Of a stretch of 64,000 nt of DNA, positions 10,201-20,300 are shown piece by piece (within the stretch, counting starts at the first letter, position 1; every line of letters starts with the position of its first letter). The notes under the pieces were generated by a model. It saw only the letters and a program-made list of their open reading frames with translations, was not told where the DNA came from and searched no databases. Position numbers and translations under genes: made by a program. Source of the DNA: a virus (taxonomy: Duplodnaviria > Caudoviricetes); the IMG/VR virus record IMGVR_UViG_3300044730_000647, positions 1,079 to 65,078 of that record, one strand, 5' to 3'.

Positions 10201-13200
10201 GGGAAGTAGTTTTTGGTCCTCAAATTCAAAGAATGCCTGAGCTTTATGCAGCAGTTGATGCAGCAAATAGCGGATACAATTTTGGTGGGCAGATTATGAA
10301 CGGTATTCCTGGCTATGGGAAGAAGACAGATAAGACACCATCTAGCAAGATGGACGAAAGACTATTTAAAAAACAATACAAAGAATATTTAAGATTTATA
10401 AATAATCCAAGATATGAAGATGATCTAAGAATTAGAATGATTATGCTGGATGCAGCAGAGCTGGCTGGAACTGCAGGAATGCCAGTAGATGAAGCTATTA
10501 AGAAAGCAACATCTAACTTTGATAAAGCAAAGATGATGTCTGGTGGATCTGATGAAGAGTTCGTTAAGATAAGAATTAAACAGGTACAAAATTTAGAAAA
10601 GAAGTATCCAAAGTTACGTGTTAAGAATGCTAAAACAGCTCAAGAAAGCAAGAGCAACGCTTTAAATTATAAGCTAAATGATGTTAGAGATGCTATGATG
10701 GATAAAAATCGTTTTCCAAATTTTGTTGGAGTAAAGGATTTAATAGAAGCGGTTTCACCAACAACATTTAAAAATAAAGATGGTATGCCAATTATTCAAG
10801 GATTGCATGAAAGAGCACATTTTAGAAGACGTAAAGATCTTGGATATATGACTAGTGGCTATATGGGATTAGCTGCAGTACTACCTCCTGGAATAAATAA
10901 CATAATGAGCAGACTTGAAGGAATTGGTCTCTCTAGAGATGTTCTAAATTTAAATGCAGCAGATGCAAGAGAAAACTTCGAGCTAGCCTTAAAGCGCACA
11001 GGAATGGATAAGTTTGCAACAGTAGATGATCTATATGCCGCAGTTCAAGATGATGGAAAGTTTAAAACCAAATCTGAATATGAATCAGGAAGAGTTGTTA
11101 GGGCAACTAAAGAGCAAAAAAATTCTTTACGGATGTTTTTAGAAGCAGCTGCAAAAAGACAAAGATGGCTACCAACAAGACCTCCTAGGCTTGTTATGGG
11201 TGGATACAATCTTGGCGGAATGATTCCAGGTGGATACATATCTAGGGGCAGATCAAATTATGGAAATATTGCTCCTGCATTAAGATTGCTTGCACCAGAT
11301 AAACAATTAAAGATTTTAGCAAAGGCAAGAGAATTAAGCTCAAGAAGCTCGCTAGGCAAGTTTGCCGATATGCCAGTAACTGAGTATGGGCATCAAATTT
11401 CTGCAAGCACAGGGATGAGTTATCCTGTACCTGGTGTATCTGGATTGTATAAGGTCGGTAACAAAAAAGTTTTTGTTAAAGGTGTTCCTAATGAATTAAC
11501 TGCCGTCCATGAGCCAATTGGCACTCAAATTGCAAGAGATCTTTTTGGAATACATTCTCCAGTACAAACAGCTAGGACAGTTGCAAATCCAGTAGATCCA
11601 ACAAAAAGAACCAAGCTACTTGCTTTAGAATCAGATTACGACCCACGCTTTGCAAACACTAATGTGCCATGGGATGAAGATACAGTGCTCAGACAGCTTG
11701 CTAATTCTCTTCTTTTAAACAACAAAGATTTATCTAGAGCAAACGTGTATGGTAATTTTAATCCAGATGTTGGGCAAGCTGGAGTATTACCTAAAGCATC
11801 TGGCAATACACGTCTTGCAACAGCTGATGAAATGAACTCTATGGAAAAGCAAGCAATGATTAATCTACTTGCCGTTAAAGGTGGAGCAAGAAAAGATTTC
11901 GCACGTGACACTGCACCAATAATTTCTAAGATGAGTCCGAAAAAATATGGTCGACGAATGAAGAAAATATTAGAAGATGCTCGTCCAAAATTATTAAAAA
12001 TAATAAATGATTTACCTGTAGATCTTAGACCTCCTTATCAAGCAATGCTTAAAAGATTGGATGATGGTATAGAGGTTGATTGGAGTCAATATCATGCCGT
12101 GCATGCTAATCCAAAATATCTTAATGCTGGAGGTCCAGTTGGTGGCGGCCCAATTAAGCCAGGAAGACGTGCCTATGGTCGAAAAGATGGTTCACGTAGA
12201 CCAGGAAACCCTGCTGCAAGAGCTAATTGGGAAGCGGAACAACGTGCACAAAGAGAAAGAGATTTAGCAGCAGAAAGATCTAGGGCTTCATCTCGTCAAA
12301 TTACTGGTCAACAGGCTTTAACAACAGGATTAGGAAGAGAAGCAGTTAGATCTGGAACAACAAGCTTCTACAACCCTGGACAAGTAATGGTTAACAATAT
12401 GATCGACCCATTTAGAAATTCAGCAGCAATGAAAACTCAATATTTATCAGCAGCTTTTAGATCTATGGGAAATTCAATTAAGGTAGACTCTATGCAGCTA
12501 GCAAAAGCTATAGATATAAATGCAAGAGTTATTACTCAGTCTATAAAGAATACTGCTACAACCATGAGCAGTTCTGTAAGATCAGCTGCCACATCAACAT
12601 TAAATTTTGCCAGAAGAGCACAAAACGCAATCATAAGAGAGCAAAATGCATTTGCAGCAGCTAGATATCCTGTTGGACAAGCACCAGCACAAGGATTCTT
12701 TGGCCCAGGTTTTGTTGGAAATTACAAGGATTTGGGCGATAATATTCAGTCTAGAAAAGTAGGAACTCTAGGAATGAGAAGAACAGAGTACCTTGTAGAC
12801 GGAAACGTAATGACCGCAAAGCAAGCTAAAGCTGAAGGAATAAATATCCCAAGAAGATACAATGGTATGAGTATGGGTTCTCAAATGGGAATTGGAATGG
12901 CTGGATCAATGGGCGGAATGGCATTGATGAGCAAAGAAAAGGTTAACATCCTAGGAAAAGAAATGTCAGGTATGAATGTTGGCATGGGTGTTATGGCTGC
13001 TACTTCAATACTTCCAATGCTTCCATGGGGTAAAGTTGGTACTGGCATAAAGTCTGCTGGAACTGCGCTAAAAGGATTTTCATTGTCAATGAGCGGGCTA
13101 GCAAAATTTGGAGCTATGCTTGCAAGATTTGCTAAGGGCTTTGGTTTAATAGGAGCAGCAATAACGGTTGCAACTGCAGCATTTAAAATTTATAAGGATT

Positions 13201-16200
13201 ATAAAGATGCTCAGCAAGATGCTTCTATAGGACTTTCTATGACAGCTAAAGCTGCGGAGCAGGCTGGAATAAAGTATTTTAATCTTAAAGAAACCATGCA
13301 AGGCTACATAGATAAACAAAAATTAGCAACCGCAGCAGCCAAGGGTGCAGAAGGAAACTCAATTGGTATGCCTGGACTACCTCAATCAATAGAGGAACTA
13401 AAGAAGGCAAAAGAAGAAGGAAAACAATTAAAAGATGTAATTGAATCCTTAAATAGATCAGAAACAACAGCAGAAACACAAAGATTAATTAATAATCAAA
13501 AAGCACAAATGGTTGCTGCTGGAATGAGCGTTGAAGAAGCAAATAAAAAAATATACGGTGCTTTAGCAAATAGCAATAAAGCCTCTCAAGCATACAAACT
13601 GCTTGCAAATACAGAATTTGGAGCAATAACAGATAAAGCTACAGCGGCAGAATTTTCTGTTGGAAATTTGGTAAACACCTTAAGCAAAGGAACAGGAACT
13701 GCTGATTGGTATAAAGAGGTAGGAAACGGTTTTGAAGGACTAATAGGTGTATTTTCTGAAGCAACAAAATCTTTAGTTGGAACAAAAGATGAGCTTGGAA
13801 ATGTTATAGATGAGTTTAAAGCTTATGAAATGGTTATGTCTAAAGCAGAAACAAATAACCCAGGCATGAATAAAGAAATAGGTAGAGACGTATACTTAAA
13901 TCTTCAAAAAACACAACCTTTGCTAGCGGGAATCATTAATGAATCAGACACTATAAAGGGAATACTTGCAAAGTGGAAACTTTTTACTGCTGGAATAAAT
14001 ATTGATCTAAGCAAAATAGATTCTACTCTAGCATCAAAACTTGCTGGATTTACTTCAGCAATCGGAACAGGAATCTCCCAGCTAACACAAGCTGCTGATT
14101 CTGCTACCACATACGCGACTGTTGGATCTGCTTTATCTAAACTTCAAAAAACAATTGCTGCAACTTCTGCAGCAGCTCAAAGAGCAAATGCAGCTTCTCA
14201 AAGAAGTGCACAGGAAGAATTAAAAGCAATTGCTAAAAAAATTAAGCTTATAGATGAAGAAAAAAATAAAAAGCTGGAGGCCTTAAGAGCAACTCAAGAT
14301 GCATCAAATTATGCATTGCAATTACAAAAGCTTCAGATAGAATATGCAGATGCTGTCTCTCGTGGAGACATGGCTGCAGCAAATCAAGCCAAGTTGGATA
14401 TAGATCAACTCACACTTAATAGACAAGCCGACCTTGCTCAAAAAGCAATAGAGGATGCAGCAAATAAAGCAAAGGCACCTTTAGAAAAAGATGCACAAGC
14501 AATACAAGACGCACAAGATAAAAAGAATACTGTTTTTCAAAATAATCAAGATAACTCTGCAGTAGCAGCTGATATAAAAGAATCTCTTGAAAAATTCCAG
14601 CTAACGTATAACGAGCTTAGTACAAGAGCTGTTAACGCACAGCTTCTTTCAGGTAAAGATAGAGTTGAAGAAGAAGCAGATATTAAGAAACAGCTTATTA
14701 GTTTCCTAAAAGAAATGCAAAAGGCTGGTACTGGACCAGGCCTGCTTGCACAAACAATAAGAAATGCATTCCCAGGATATTTTAATTCAGACGGAAAGCC
14801 AAAAGTTCCTGAAACAGTAACTACTGGATCTCCAACTGGATTTGATGCACAGGGAAGACCTATTCTTTCAACAAATACAACAGTAAACAATGATTCTCTT
14901 TCCCAGTTTAATAAAGATATTGCAGCTGTAAGCAAGCTAGCAGTTGCTATAACTGGAAATGTTACTTTGAGAAAATTACGTGACGACCTTGTGGAAGCAC
15001 TAGGTAAGTATAAGGGTGATATTAAATACGGATCAAAGGCTCAAGCATTAGAAGTTAAAGGTAGCAAGTATGATAAGTATTTGCAAGAAGACGGAAGCTT
15101 AAATTCTCAAGGTAGAAGAGCTTTAATGAAGGACAATAAATTAGGAGCAGATCAGTTCTTTACATATAAAGGAAAGACATATAGGGGGCAGGGAGCTGGC
15201 GCAGATGACTTATTGCCAGCAGTTTTGCAAAAAGCAGATGGCGGATATATAAAACACTTTAATCCAGGAGGAAAAGTTACTGGTCCAGGAACGGCAACAT
15301 CGGATTCTATTCCAGCAATGCTTTCAGATGGAGAGTATGTATTTAGTGCAAAGGCTGTAGACGCCGCTGGTGGTGCAGATGTTGTAGATGGTTGGCACAA
15401 AGCACTTAGAAGAGCAGATGGCGGTCCAATTCTTACATCACCAAGACAAAAGAAACCAGGTGTTCCATATTCAAGATCTGGAAGACCGATAGGAAATCCT
15501 TTTGGACAATACTGGGGAGAGCTTTCAAGATTTATTGGACCACGTAGTCCAGGCATGGATATTTGGGGCGGAACAGAAATACCAGGACTTAAGTTTACTG
15601 GAAAGGTTCCACAGCATTCAGACTACATGCATCAGATGCTTGAGCAGCCACGCAAGCCATTTACAAGCCCAGGAATGGGTCTAGACAAAGACCCTATGCG
15701 CCTTGCAGGCTCTGGAGCCTCTATGGGCGGTATCGGTAATGGAGCCTATGGACTAGGGCCACTCATGTTTGCAAACGGTGGTCCAGTATCTTCGTTTGGG
15801 TATCATGCAAAGCCAGACCCAAAACAATCATTCTTAAATAGAATTCTATTTGGAGTAAAGTATGTTGGGGGGCCACAGCCAACGCAATTAGGTGTTCCAT
15901 TTGGTCCTGGTGGAGTAGCAAAAATTGCTAAAATGTTAGCAAATATTAAAGAAGCAAAAGCGTTTACACATTTTGCTCATTCTCCTATAGATTCATTACA
16001 GCCATCAATAGGAAGAAAAAGCCCAGCAATGGCAAACTTTGGTCTTGGCACTTATGGATCCACTAAGGGGATATTTGAGGGCGCACAATTTGGAGAAGTG
16101 GCACATAAACTAAGCTTGTCACCATTTGCTTGGATTAAAACAGCTTTAGGTAAAGGACCGATTGACGATGCTGGATTGGCATTAGAGGCAGCGGCATTTA

Positions 16201-16736
16201 ATAAAGCAACAGGATCAAAAATTAGTGGAAGCTCAATGTATTTACACAATGAAGATTTTGTAAAATTCTTATCTAGCAGAGGATACACTGGTTATAAAAC
16301 TGGAGACATAGTTACAAATTGGAAAGTTGGTTCCCCAGGATTTGGTTTAAAAACCTCACTAGGAAAAGTTCCTTTCGGTGGTATTCCAAAGTCTACATCT
16401 TCTCAAACAATTGATCCACCTAGCGGACTAATCCTTGCCAACGGTGGTTTTGTTACTAAATCTCTTTCAAACCTTGGCGTACCGATGTTTGAAAATGGAA
16501 TTAATATGGTTCCTGCAAATATGCTTGCGATGCTTCATAAAGATGAAGCAGTTATCCCAGCTAACATGAATCCATTTAATCCAAATGCTACGGCGGCAGC
16601 AACAGGATCAGTATATAATATAAATGTAGAATTAAATGGAACAAACGTGACAGCAAAAGATGTTGCACTAGAAATACGTAATGAGATGAGATTAAAAGAA
16701 ATGGCAGCTGGAGTAAATAGAAAGGTTGGGTCATAA
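7281..16736 (+). CDS. Tape measure protein with inserted putative effector domains
   Basis: 3151 aa after the chaperones; N-terminal TMP core (LNAVENQTSTTLNDLVEAIPKAG, EGANALKS), hydrophobic segments and the GPGTATSDSIPAMLSDGEYV TMP motif; extra inserts described in findings. Confidence 0.93.
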   Translation: MADEQIVTSIVAKADLSSLVSEVHRASSSLQQLQRELLSSNRAISASTKLANNLFRDTLTGSGQFSSHFVNLNSDVDKFGKNLDSGRLKLKNYFQTFREHATTQKGMIRELAKEQVMLQNSVLQPLGRNAQGLMQYNVMIPRGLDAVKNSAQLARMELQIMNRALSEGAGSLINWGKNTQWAGRQLTVGLTVPLTMFGAAAGKAFREADQELVRLTKVYGGLAATSATDLKAIREEVVQTAKSLSQTMGASFKDTIALGADIAATGKMGNDLLGSIEETTRLAILGEVDRQDAMKATLSIQTAFKQNTQQLTESINFLNAVENQTSTTLNDLVEAIPKAGPVIQQLGGSIEDLALYMTAMREGGINASEGANALKSGLASLINPTKQTVGMMSDFGIDVLGMVAKNTGNTTGMLTDLQTALNKLDPLSKARALEQMFGKFQFARMSALLNNLGKEGSQTLQVMDLMKASTSDLAGIAERELGMITESASGKYRKAMESLKAELASVGEEFLGVATKLINAASKILNFFTELPTPIKKALTFMAGFTALVGPLIMLTGVLANFFGYITKGIVQLRSFFMRANGWKMLTPEIIAAQKAAEMVENAFYSDAAAAQVLHNALQKLVLDYQNLQAASMKSAVPVNAGVSTVAGNAIVAPAHGRRVVDPNDPYVGDLNTRAMSHIRPRDPNNPATLFGGVPGAIPVNRGISRTPQIYMHDRLPNVEGLTSVKGISTGIVAPEAAKFHALMATLGMQTEQEVANLKKTIAMGGTVSRELLDTFDDILPITQRFADSAATQSALIVQQMRNAEITVDQAKARILALNAQIEADMGSAVSMYAAGRGRTIDLTRAPMMDQPVVDANGQFTLRDLYKKKTNAAVMEEFGRVRGVRTFGAPYSIQTTRMPKFNIGGDIESFGPNKTVVSGPSSVDYDDRLGSVPLGGYVLNQQAAMDPANAPLVAMAPSTYLNDGGNITAALTPREVVFGPQIQRMPELYAAVDAANSGYNFGGQIMNGIPGYGKKTDKTPSSKMDERLFKKQYKEYLRFINNPRYEDDLRIRMIMLDAAELAGTAGMPVDEAIKKATSNFDKAKMMSGGSDEEFVKIRIKQVQNLEKKYPKLRVKNAKTAQESKSNALNYKLNDVRDAMMDKNRFPNFVGVKDLIEAVSPTTFKNKDGMPIIQGLHERAHFRRRKDLGYMTSGYMGLAAVLPPGINNIMSRLEGIGLSRDVLNLNAADARENFELALKRTGMDKFATVDDLYAAVQDDGKFKTKSEYESGRVVRATKEQKNSLRMFLEAAAKRQRWLPTRPPRLVMGGYNLGGMIPGGYISRGRSNYGNIAPALRLLAPDKQLKILAKARELSSRSSLGKFADMPVTEYGHQISASTGMSYPVPGVSGLYKVGNKKVFVKGVPNELTAVHEPIGTQIARDLFGIHSPVQTARTVANPVDPTKRTKLLALESDYDPRFANTNVPWDEDTVLRQLANSLLLNNKDLSRANVYGNFNPDVGQAGVLPKASGNTRLATADEMNSMEKQAMINLLAVKGGARKDFARDTAPIISKMSPKKYGRRMKKILEDARPKLLKIINDLPVDLRPPYQAMLKRLDDGIEVDWSQYHAVHANPKYLNAGGPVGGGPIKPGRRAYGRKDGSRRPGNPAARANWEAEQRAQRERDLAAERSRASSRQITGQQALTTGLGREAVRSGTTSFYNPGQVMVNNMIDPFRNSAAMKTQYLSAAFRSMGNSIKVDSMQLAKAIDINARVITQSIKNTATTMSSSVRSAATSTLNFARRAQNAIIREQNAFAAARYPVGQAPAQGFFGPGFVGNYKDLGDNIQSRKVGTLGMRRTEYLVDGNVMTAKQAKAEGINIPRRYNGMSMGSQMGIGMAGSMGGMALMSKEKVNILGKEMSGMNVGMGVMAATSILPMLPWGKVGTGIKSAGTALKGFSLSMSGLAKFGAMLARFAKGFGLIGAAITVATAAFKIYKDYKDAQQDASIGLSMTAKAAEQAGIKYFNLKETMQGYIDKQKLATAAAKGAEGNSIGMPGLPQSIEELKKAKEEGKQLKDVIESLNRSETTAETQRLINNQKAQMVAAGMSVEEANKKIYGALANSNKASQAYKLLANTEFGAITDKATAAEFSVGNLVNTLSKGTGTADWYKEVGNGFEGLIGVFSEATKSLVGTKDELGNVIDEFKAYEMVMSKAETNNPGMNKEIGRDVYLNLQKTQPLLAGIINESDTIKGILAKWKLFTAGINIDLSKIDSTLASKLAGFTSAIGTGISQLTQAADSATTYATVGSALSKLQKTIAATSAAAQRANAASQRSAQEELKAIAKKIKLIDEEKNKKLEALRATQDASNYALQLQKLQIEYADAVSRGDMAAANQAKLDIDQLTLNRQADLAQKAIEDAANKAKAPLEKDAQAIQDAQDKKNTVFQNNQDNSAVAADIKESLEKFQLTYNELSTRAVNAQLLSGKDRVEEEADIKKQLISFLKEMQKAGTGPGLLAQTIRNAFPGYFNSDGKPKVPETVTTGSPTGFDAQGRPILSTNTTVNNDSLSQFNKDIAAVSKLAVAITGNVTLRKLRDDLVEALGKYKGDIKYGSKAQALEVKGSKYDKYLQEDGSLNSQGRRALMKDNKLGADQFFTYKGKTYRGQGAGADDLLPAVLQKADGGYIKHFNPGGKVTGPGTATSDSIPAMLSDGEYVFSAKAVDAAGGADVVDGWHKALRRADGGPILTSPRQKKPGVPYSRSGRPIGNPFGQYWGELSRFIGPRSPGMDIWGGTEIPGLKFTGKVPQHSDYMHQMLEQPRKPFTSPGMGLDKDPMRLAGSGASMGGIGNGAYGLGPLMFANGGPVSSFGYHAKPDPKQSFLNRILFGVKYVGGPQPTQLGVPFGPGGVAKIAKMLANIKEAKAFTHFAHSPIDSLQPSIGRKSPAMANFGLGTYGSTKGIFEGAQFGEVAHKLSLSPFAWIKTALGKGPIDDAGLALEAAAFNKATGSKISGSSMYLHNEDFVKFLSSRGYTGYKTGDIVTNWKVGSPGFGLKTSLGKVPFGGIPKSTSSQTIDPPSGLILANGGFVTKSLSNLGVPMFENGINMVPANMLAMLHKDEAVIPANMNPFNPNATAAATGSVYNINVELNGTNVTAKDVALEIRNEMRLKEMAAGVNRKVGS

Positions 16737-17326
16737 TGAGTTTTCAAAATTTAAGTAAAGGCTCAATTTTATACATAGAGGCACTAGACCCATTTGCAAT
16801 TGATACAGCAAACAACTCATTTGATTACAAAGGAGCGTCTGTTGTTGCACCAGGTAATTCATATACATCATCTGTAGCAACTAGAAACAACTTGTCCTAC
16901 AGCTCTAAAAATCAATTAAGATTTAGAAGAGTTACTGAGCATAATAGACAGCCAATCTCAATAGATACAAACAGAATTGAGCAATCGTCTAGAATGTCAA
17001 ATGGCACACTCAGAAAATATTTTGTTGCTGATAAACTTACCATAAATATTTCATGGGAAATGCTACCTTCTTTTAGAAATGAAACAGTTGACGGTGCCTG
17101 GGGCGCAGAAGATTTAAAAAACTTTTATGAAAGTTCTGCTGGTAGACTACCTTTTAGAATTAAATTAAACCCAACAGTTTTTAGTACAGATTTAATTGAG
17201 CAATCTGATGGAGCCTTATCAGATGACTATACTTACACAGTAATGTTTACATCTTGCAGTTTTTCAGTTATTAAAAGAGGACTACAAACATTTTGGAGTG
17301 TTGACATATCTTTGGAGCAGGTATGA
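16736..17326 (+). CDS. Minor tail protein (distal tail-like)
   Basis: Immediately after TMP; RMSNGTLRKYFVADK...ISWEML; ends VDISLEQV. Confidence 0.65.
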   Translation: MSFQNLSKGSILYIEALDPFAIDTANNSFDYKGASVVAPGNSYTSSVATRNNLSYSSKNQLRFRRVTEHNRQPISIDTNRIEQSSRMSNGTLRKYFVADKLTINISWEMLPSFRNETVDGAWGAEDLKNFYESSAGRLPFRIKLNPTVFSTDLIEQSDGALSDDYTYTVMFTSCSFSVIKRGLQTFWSVDISLEQV

Positions 17327-20300
17327 TAACTGTATCAAATGAAACTAAAGATTTAATTAAAAAAGGATATTCGCTATCAACTTCAGCTGGAGCTACAATT
17401 GAATACAATCTTAACTCTATGGTTGAATATATAAAAGCAACATCATCTGCTTTAACAAACCCGTTTGGTCCTGCTTTTAAAAAGCTATTTCCAATAGATA
17501 CTATTTATAAGCCATTTAGACCACTATCTCCAGGAATTAAATATCTAGTTCATACAAATAATAACACAGACACCCCCGTTGATTCTTTTGAAAGACCAAG
17601 GGATTTAGATATTGGAACAAGGCCAAGGCTTTATTATCCTGGACCAGATATGGTTTATAAATATTGGTTAGCGCCTAAAAACACTAATATAGATATTTCT
17701 TTAGAGTATTTTTCAGATGAAGCAAAGACTACTGCAAAATTAGTTCCCGCCAATAAGATTGTTGCCAGATTTGAAACTAGCCACGACACACCCACATCAT
17801 GGACAATAACTGGAGTTAAGCAAGATAACACAACCATAACGGTATCTGGCACAACTCTCACCCAAAAAGAAGCGCCAGATTATAAAGGCGGGGAAGCAAT
17901 AATATATTATGATGGAACTACATGGTCAACTGCAGAACCTACTACATATACAACAACTCAATACTTTAAAAAGATATCTTTAGCTGCAGTTAATTCAAAT
18001 ACAGGAAAGTTTTTGGGAGTAATTGAGTTAAGTCCAAGATGGGTTATGTCAATAGATTCAGACATTGTTTCGTTTACAGTAAATAAAGAAACTACTTCAG
18101 ATGATACCTCTATTGTTCCAGTTGGGGTTATAACGGCAAACTACCTCAGCCTTTTGATAACAAAATACAATACTACATCTAGGCAGATAGTTGAATATGA
18201 TAGGTTTGGCCCAATAGATAACTCAAAACTATATTTGTTTAAGAATGCAATTATAAGACCACACATAAATATTGGAGACGGATCTTCCGTGCAAAAGGTA
18301 CCTCAAGGAGTTTTTTATGTAGCCTCTTGGTCACTATCAGAGTTTGGAGAAGCATCCATAGATGCAACAGATGCTGCAAAAATACTTCAAGATACTATAT
18401 GTCCTCAGCTTTTAGTAGAGTCTTCACCTGTAACTTCAGTAATTAAAAGAATTTTAGACTCAGTTGGATTTTCTAATTACAAGATAAATATTAAAAAAAC
18501 AGATGGGAAGGTTGATGACGACTCTATTCCATCTTTAGTTTATTGGTGGTCGGACGGTGAACAAACAGTCTGGGAAGTTTTGCAAGAGCTATGTAGAGAC
18601 ATACAGATGAATGCATTTGTAGATGAATACAATGTATTAAACTTTTATACTAGAAACTTTATATACGACAAAGAATTACCTACCTCATGGATATTTACAA
18701 ATGAGGAAATCAAGTCTGGATCTAATGTAGAATATGCGCCTAACATAATTAGGTTGTCTACCAAGGAGCTTTTTTCAGCTAATAATGTTAGAGTAAGATA
18801 TAAAACAGCATTTGTTTCTACCAATTCAGAATCATCCTCTCCTTTGTGGAAATCTGAATCTTCATTTCTAGGTGCTGGCTCCCTTGCAACAGATATCAAT
18901 GACGACAGTACAAAGTTTCAGCTTAATCAAAATACAATAAATTCTGCAAGAGTAGATAAAATCTTAGATCAGTTTAACGGTTATGTTTTAATAAACGGAG
19001 AAGTTATTGAGTATGATGGAGTCTGGTATCAGTATGTACCTGAAGAGAAAGACACAACATTTACTCCTCCACGTGATAAGCCTCCAGTTAGAGTGCTAAT
19101 TAAAAATCAATCTGACATATGGAAGTATTCAGCTTTAGCTAAACCAGGTTATAAATATTTTTATCCTACTGGAGAGTATAATATAAAAACCAGAGGAGCT
19201 TTGTCCACCTCTAAAATGTCTCACAAAAAAACTTTAAACTCTTACATAAATGAGCCTGGGCAAAATGATTCAAATAGATTTAATAAATATAATATTACCC
19301 TAGCTACTCCAGATGTAGCAAAGCTAAAGCCTGGTGTGGGAAGTATTACAACTCCAGCAAACACCGAAGAAGAAACAATTGCAAAAAGCTTTTTAGCAAT
19401 TTCAAATCTAGATAAAGATAAAAAAACTTTTGATATTGCAGTTAAAGATTTTAATTCAGTAGATACTACAAAGCCTTTTGTTTCATTTGGAACAAGGATG
19501 TTTTTTGATAGCCAGCTTAATACACCAGAGCAGGTAGGTGGCATTGGATTTTGCTTAGACTCAACTGGCAAAAATGGTTACTACGTGCTTGTACGCACAA
19601 CTGCATTTTCTGGCCTTCAAAAAGATATTATGGTTGTTAGAGTTAATAATAATAAGCTTACAGTTTTAAAAGATAGCCAGCAGACATCTACCAAAACATT
19701 GGCTGGAATTTACGCTGGCAGCTCTTACAATATAGATGTACTGGTAAAAAAAGAATCTTTAAAAAATATAATTACTGTCTTTATTAATGGATTTAAAATT
19801 GAAGCAATTGATTCTGGAAGTGATTCTGTTAATTTAACTATTCCACCTCTTTCAATAACAAAAAATGTTGGACTACACTGTGGTCAGGGAATTGCTTATT
19901 TTGAATATCTGTATGCTAAAAGTATTGATGAAGATGTATACAAAAATATATCTTTAACCAGGAATTATGAATACAATGGTGTTTATGCTGATGATACTCT
20001 TTCTATGCTATTTGGAGATTTAATTTACAATGCTGGCCAAACCGCTGCCGACGAAAACGGTGCCCTTTTTGAATTCGGAACTACCGCTAGAGAAATAAGA
20101 AAAGTAAAAGAGTCTTATGATGATGAGTCTAGACCAGCCGTACCAATTACTTTTAGAACCGCATTAAATAAATATGTTAAAATATTAGATCAAAGGTTAC
20201 AGCCTTTCGGTGCCGAATCTTACGTTTTAAATAACACTTCAACTACTGTAGTTTTAGATGATAGTAATAATACAAGTTTTTATGTTTTGGGAAATTCTAT

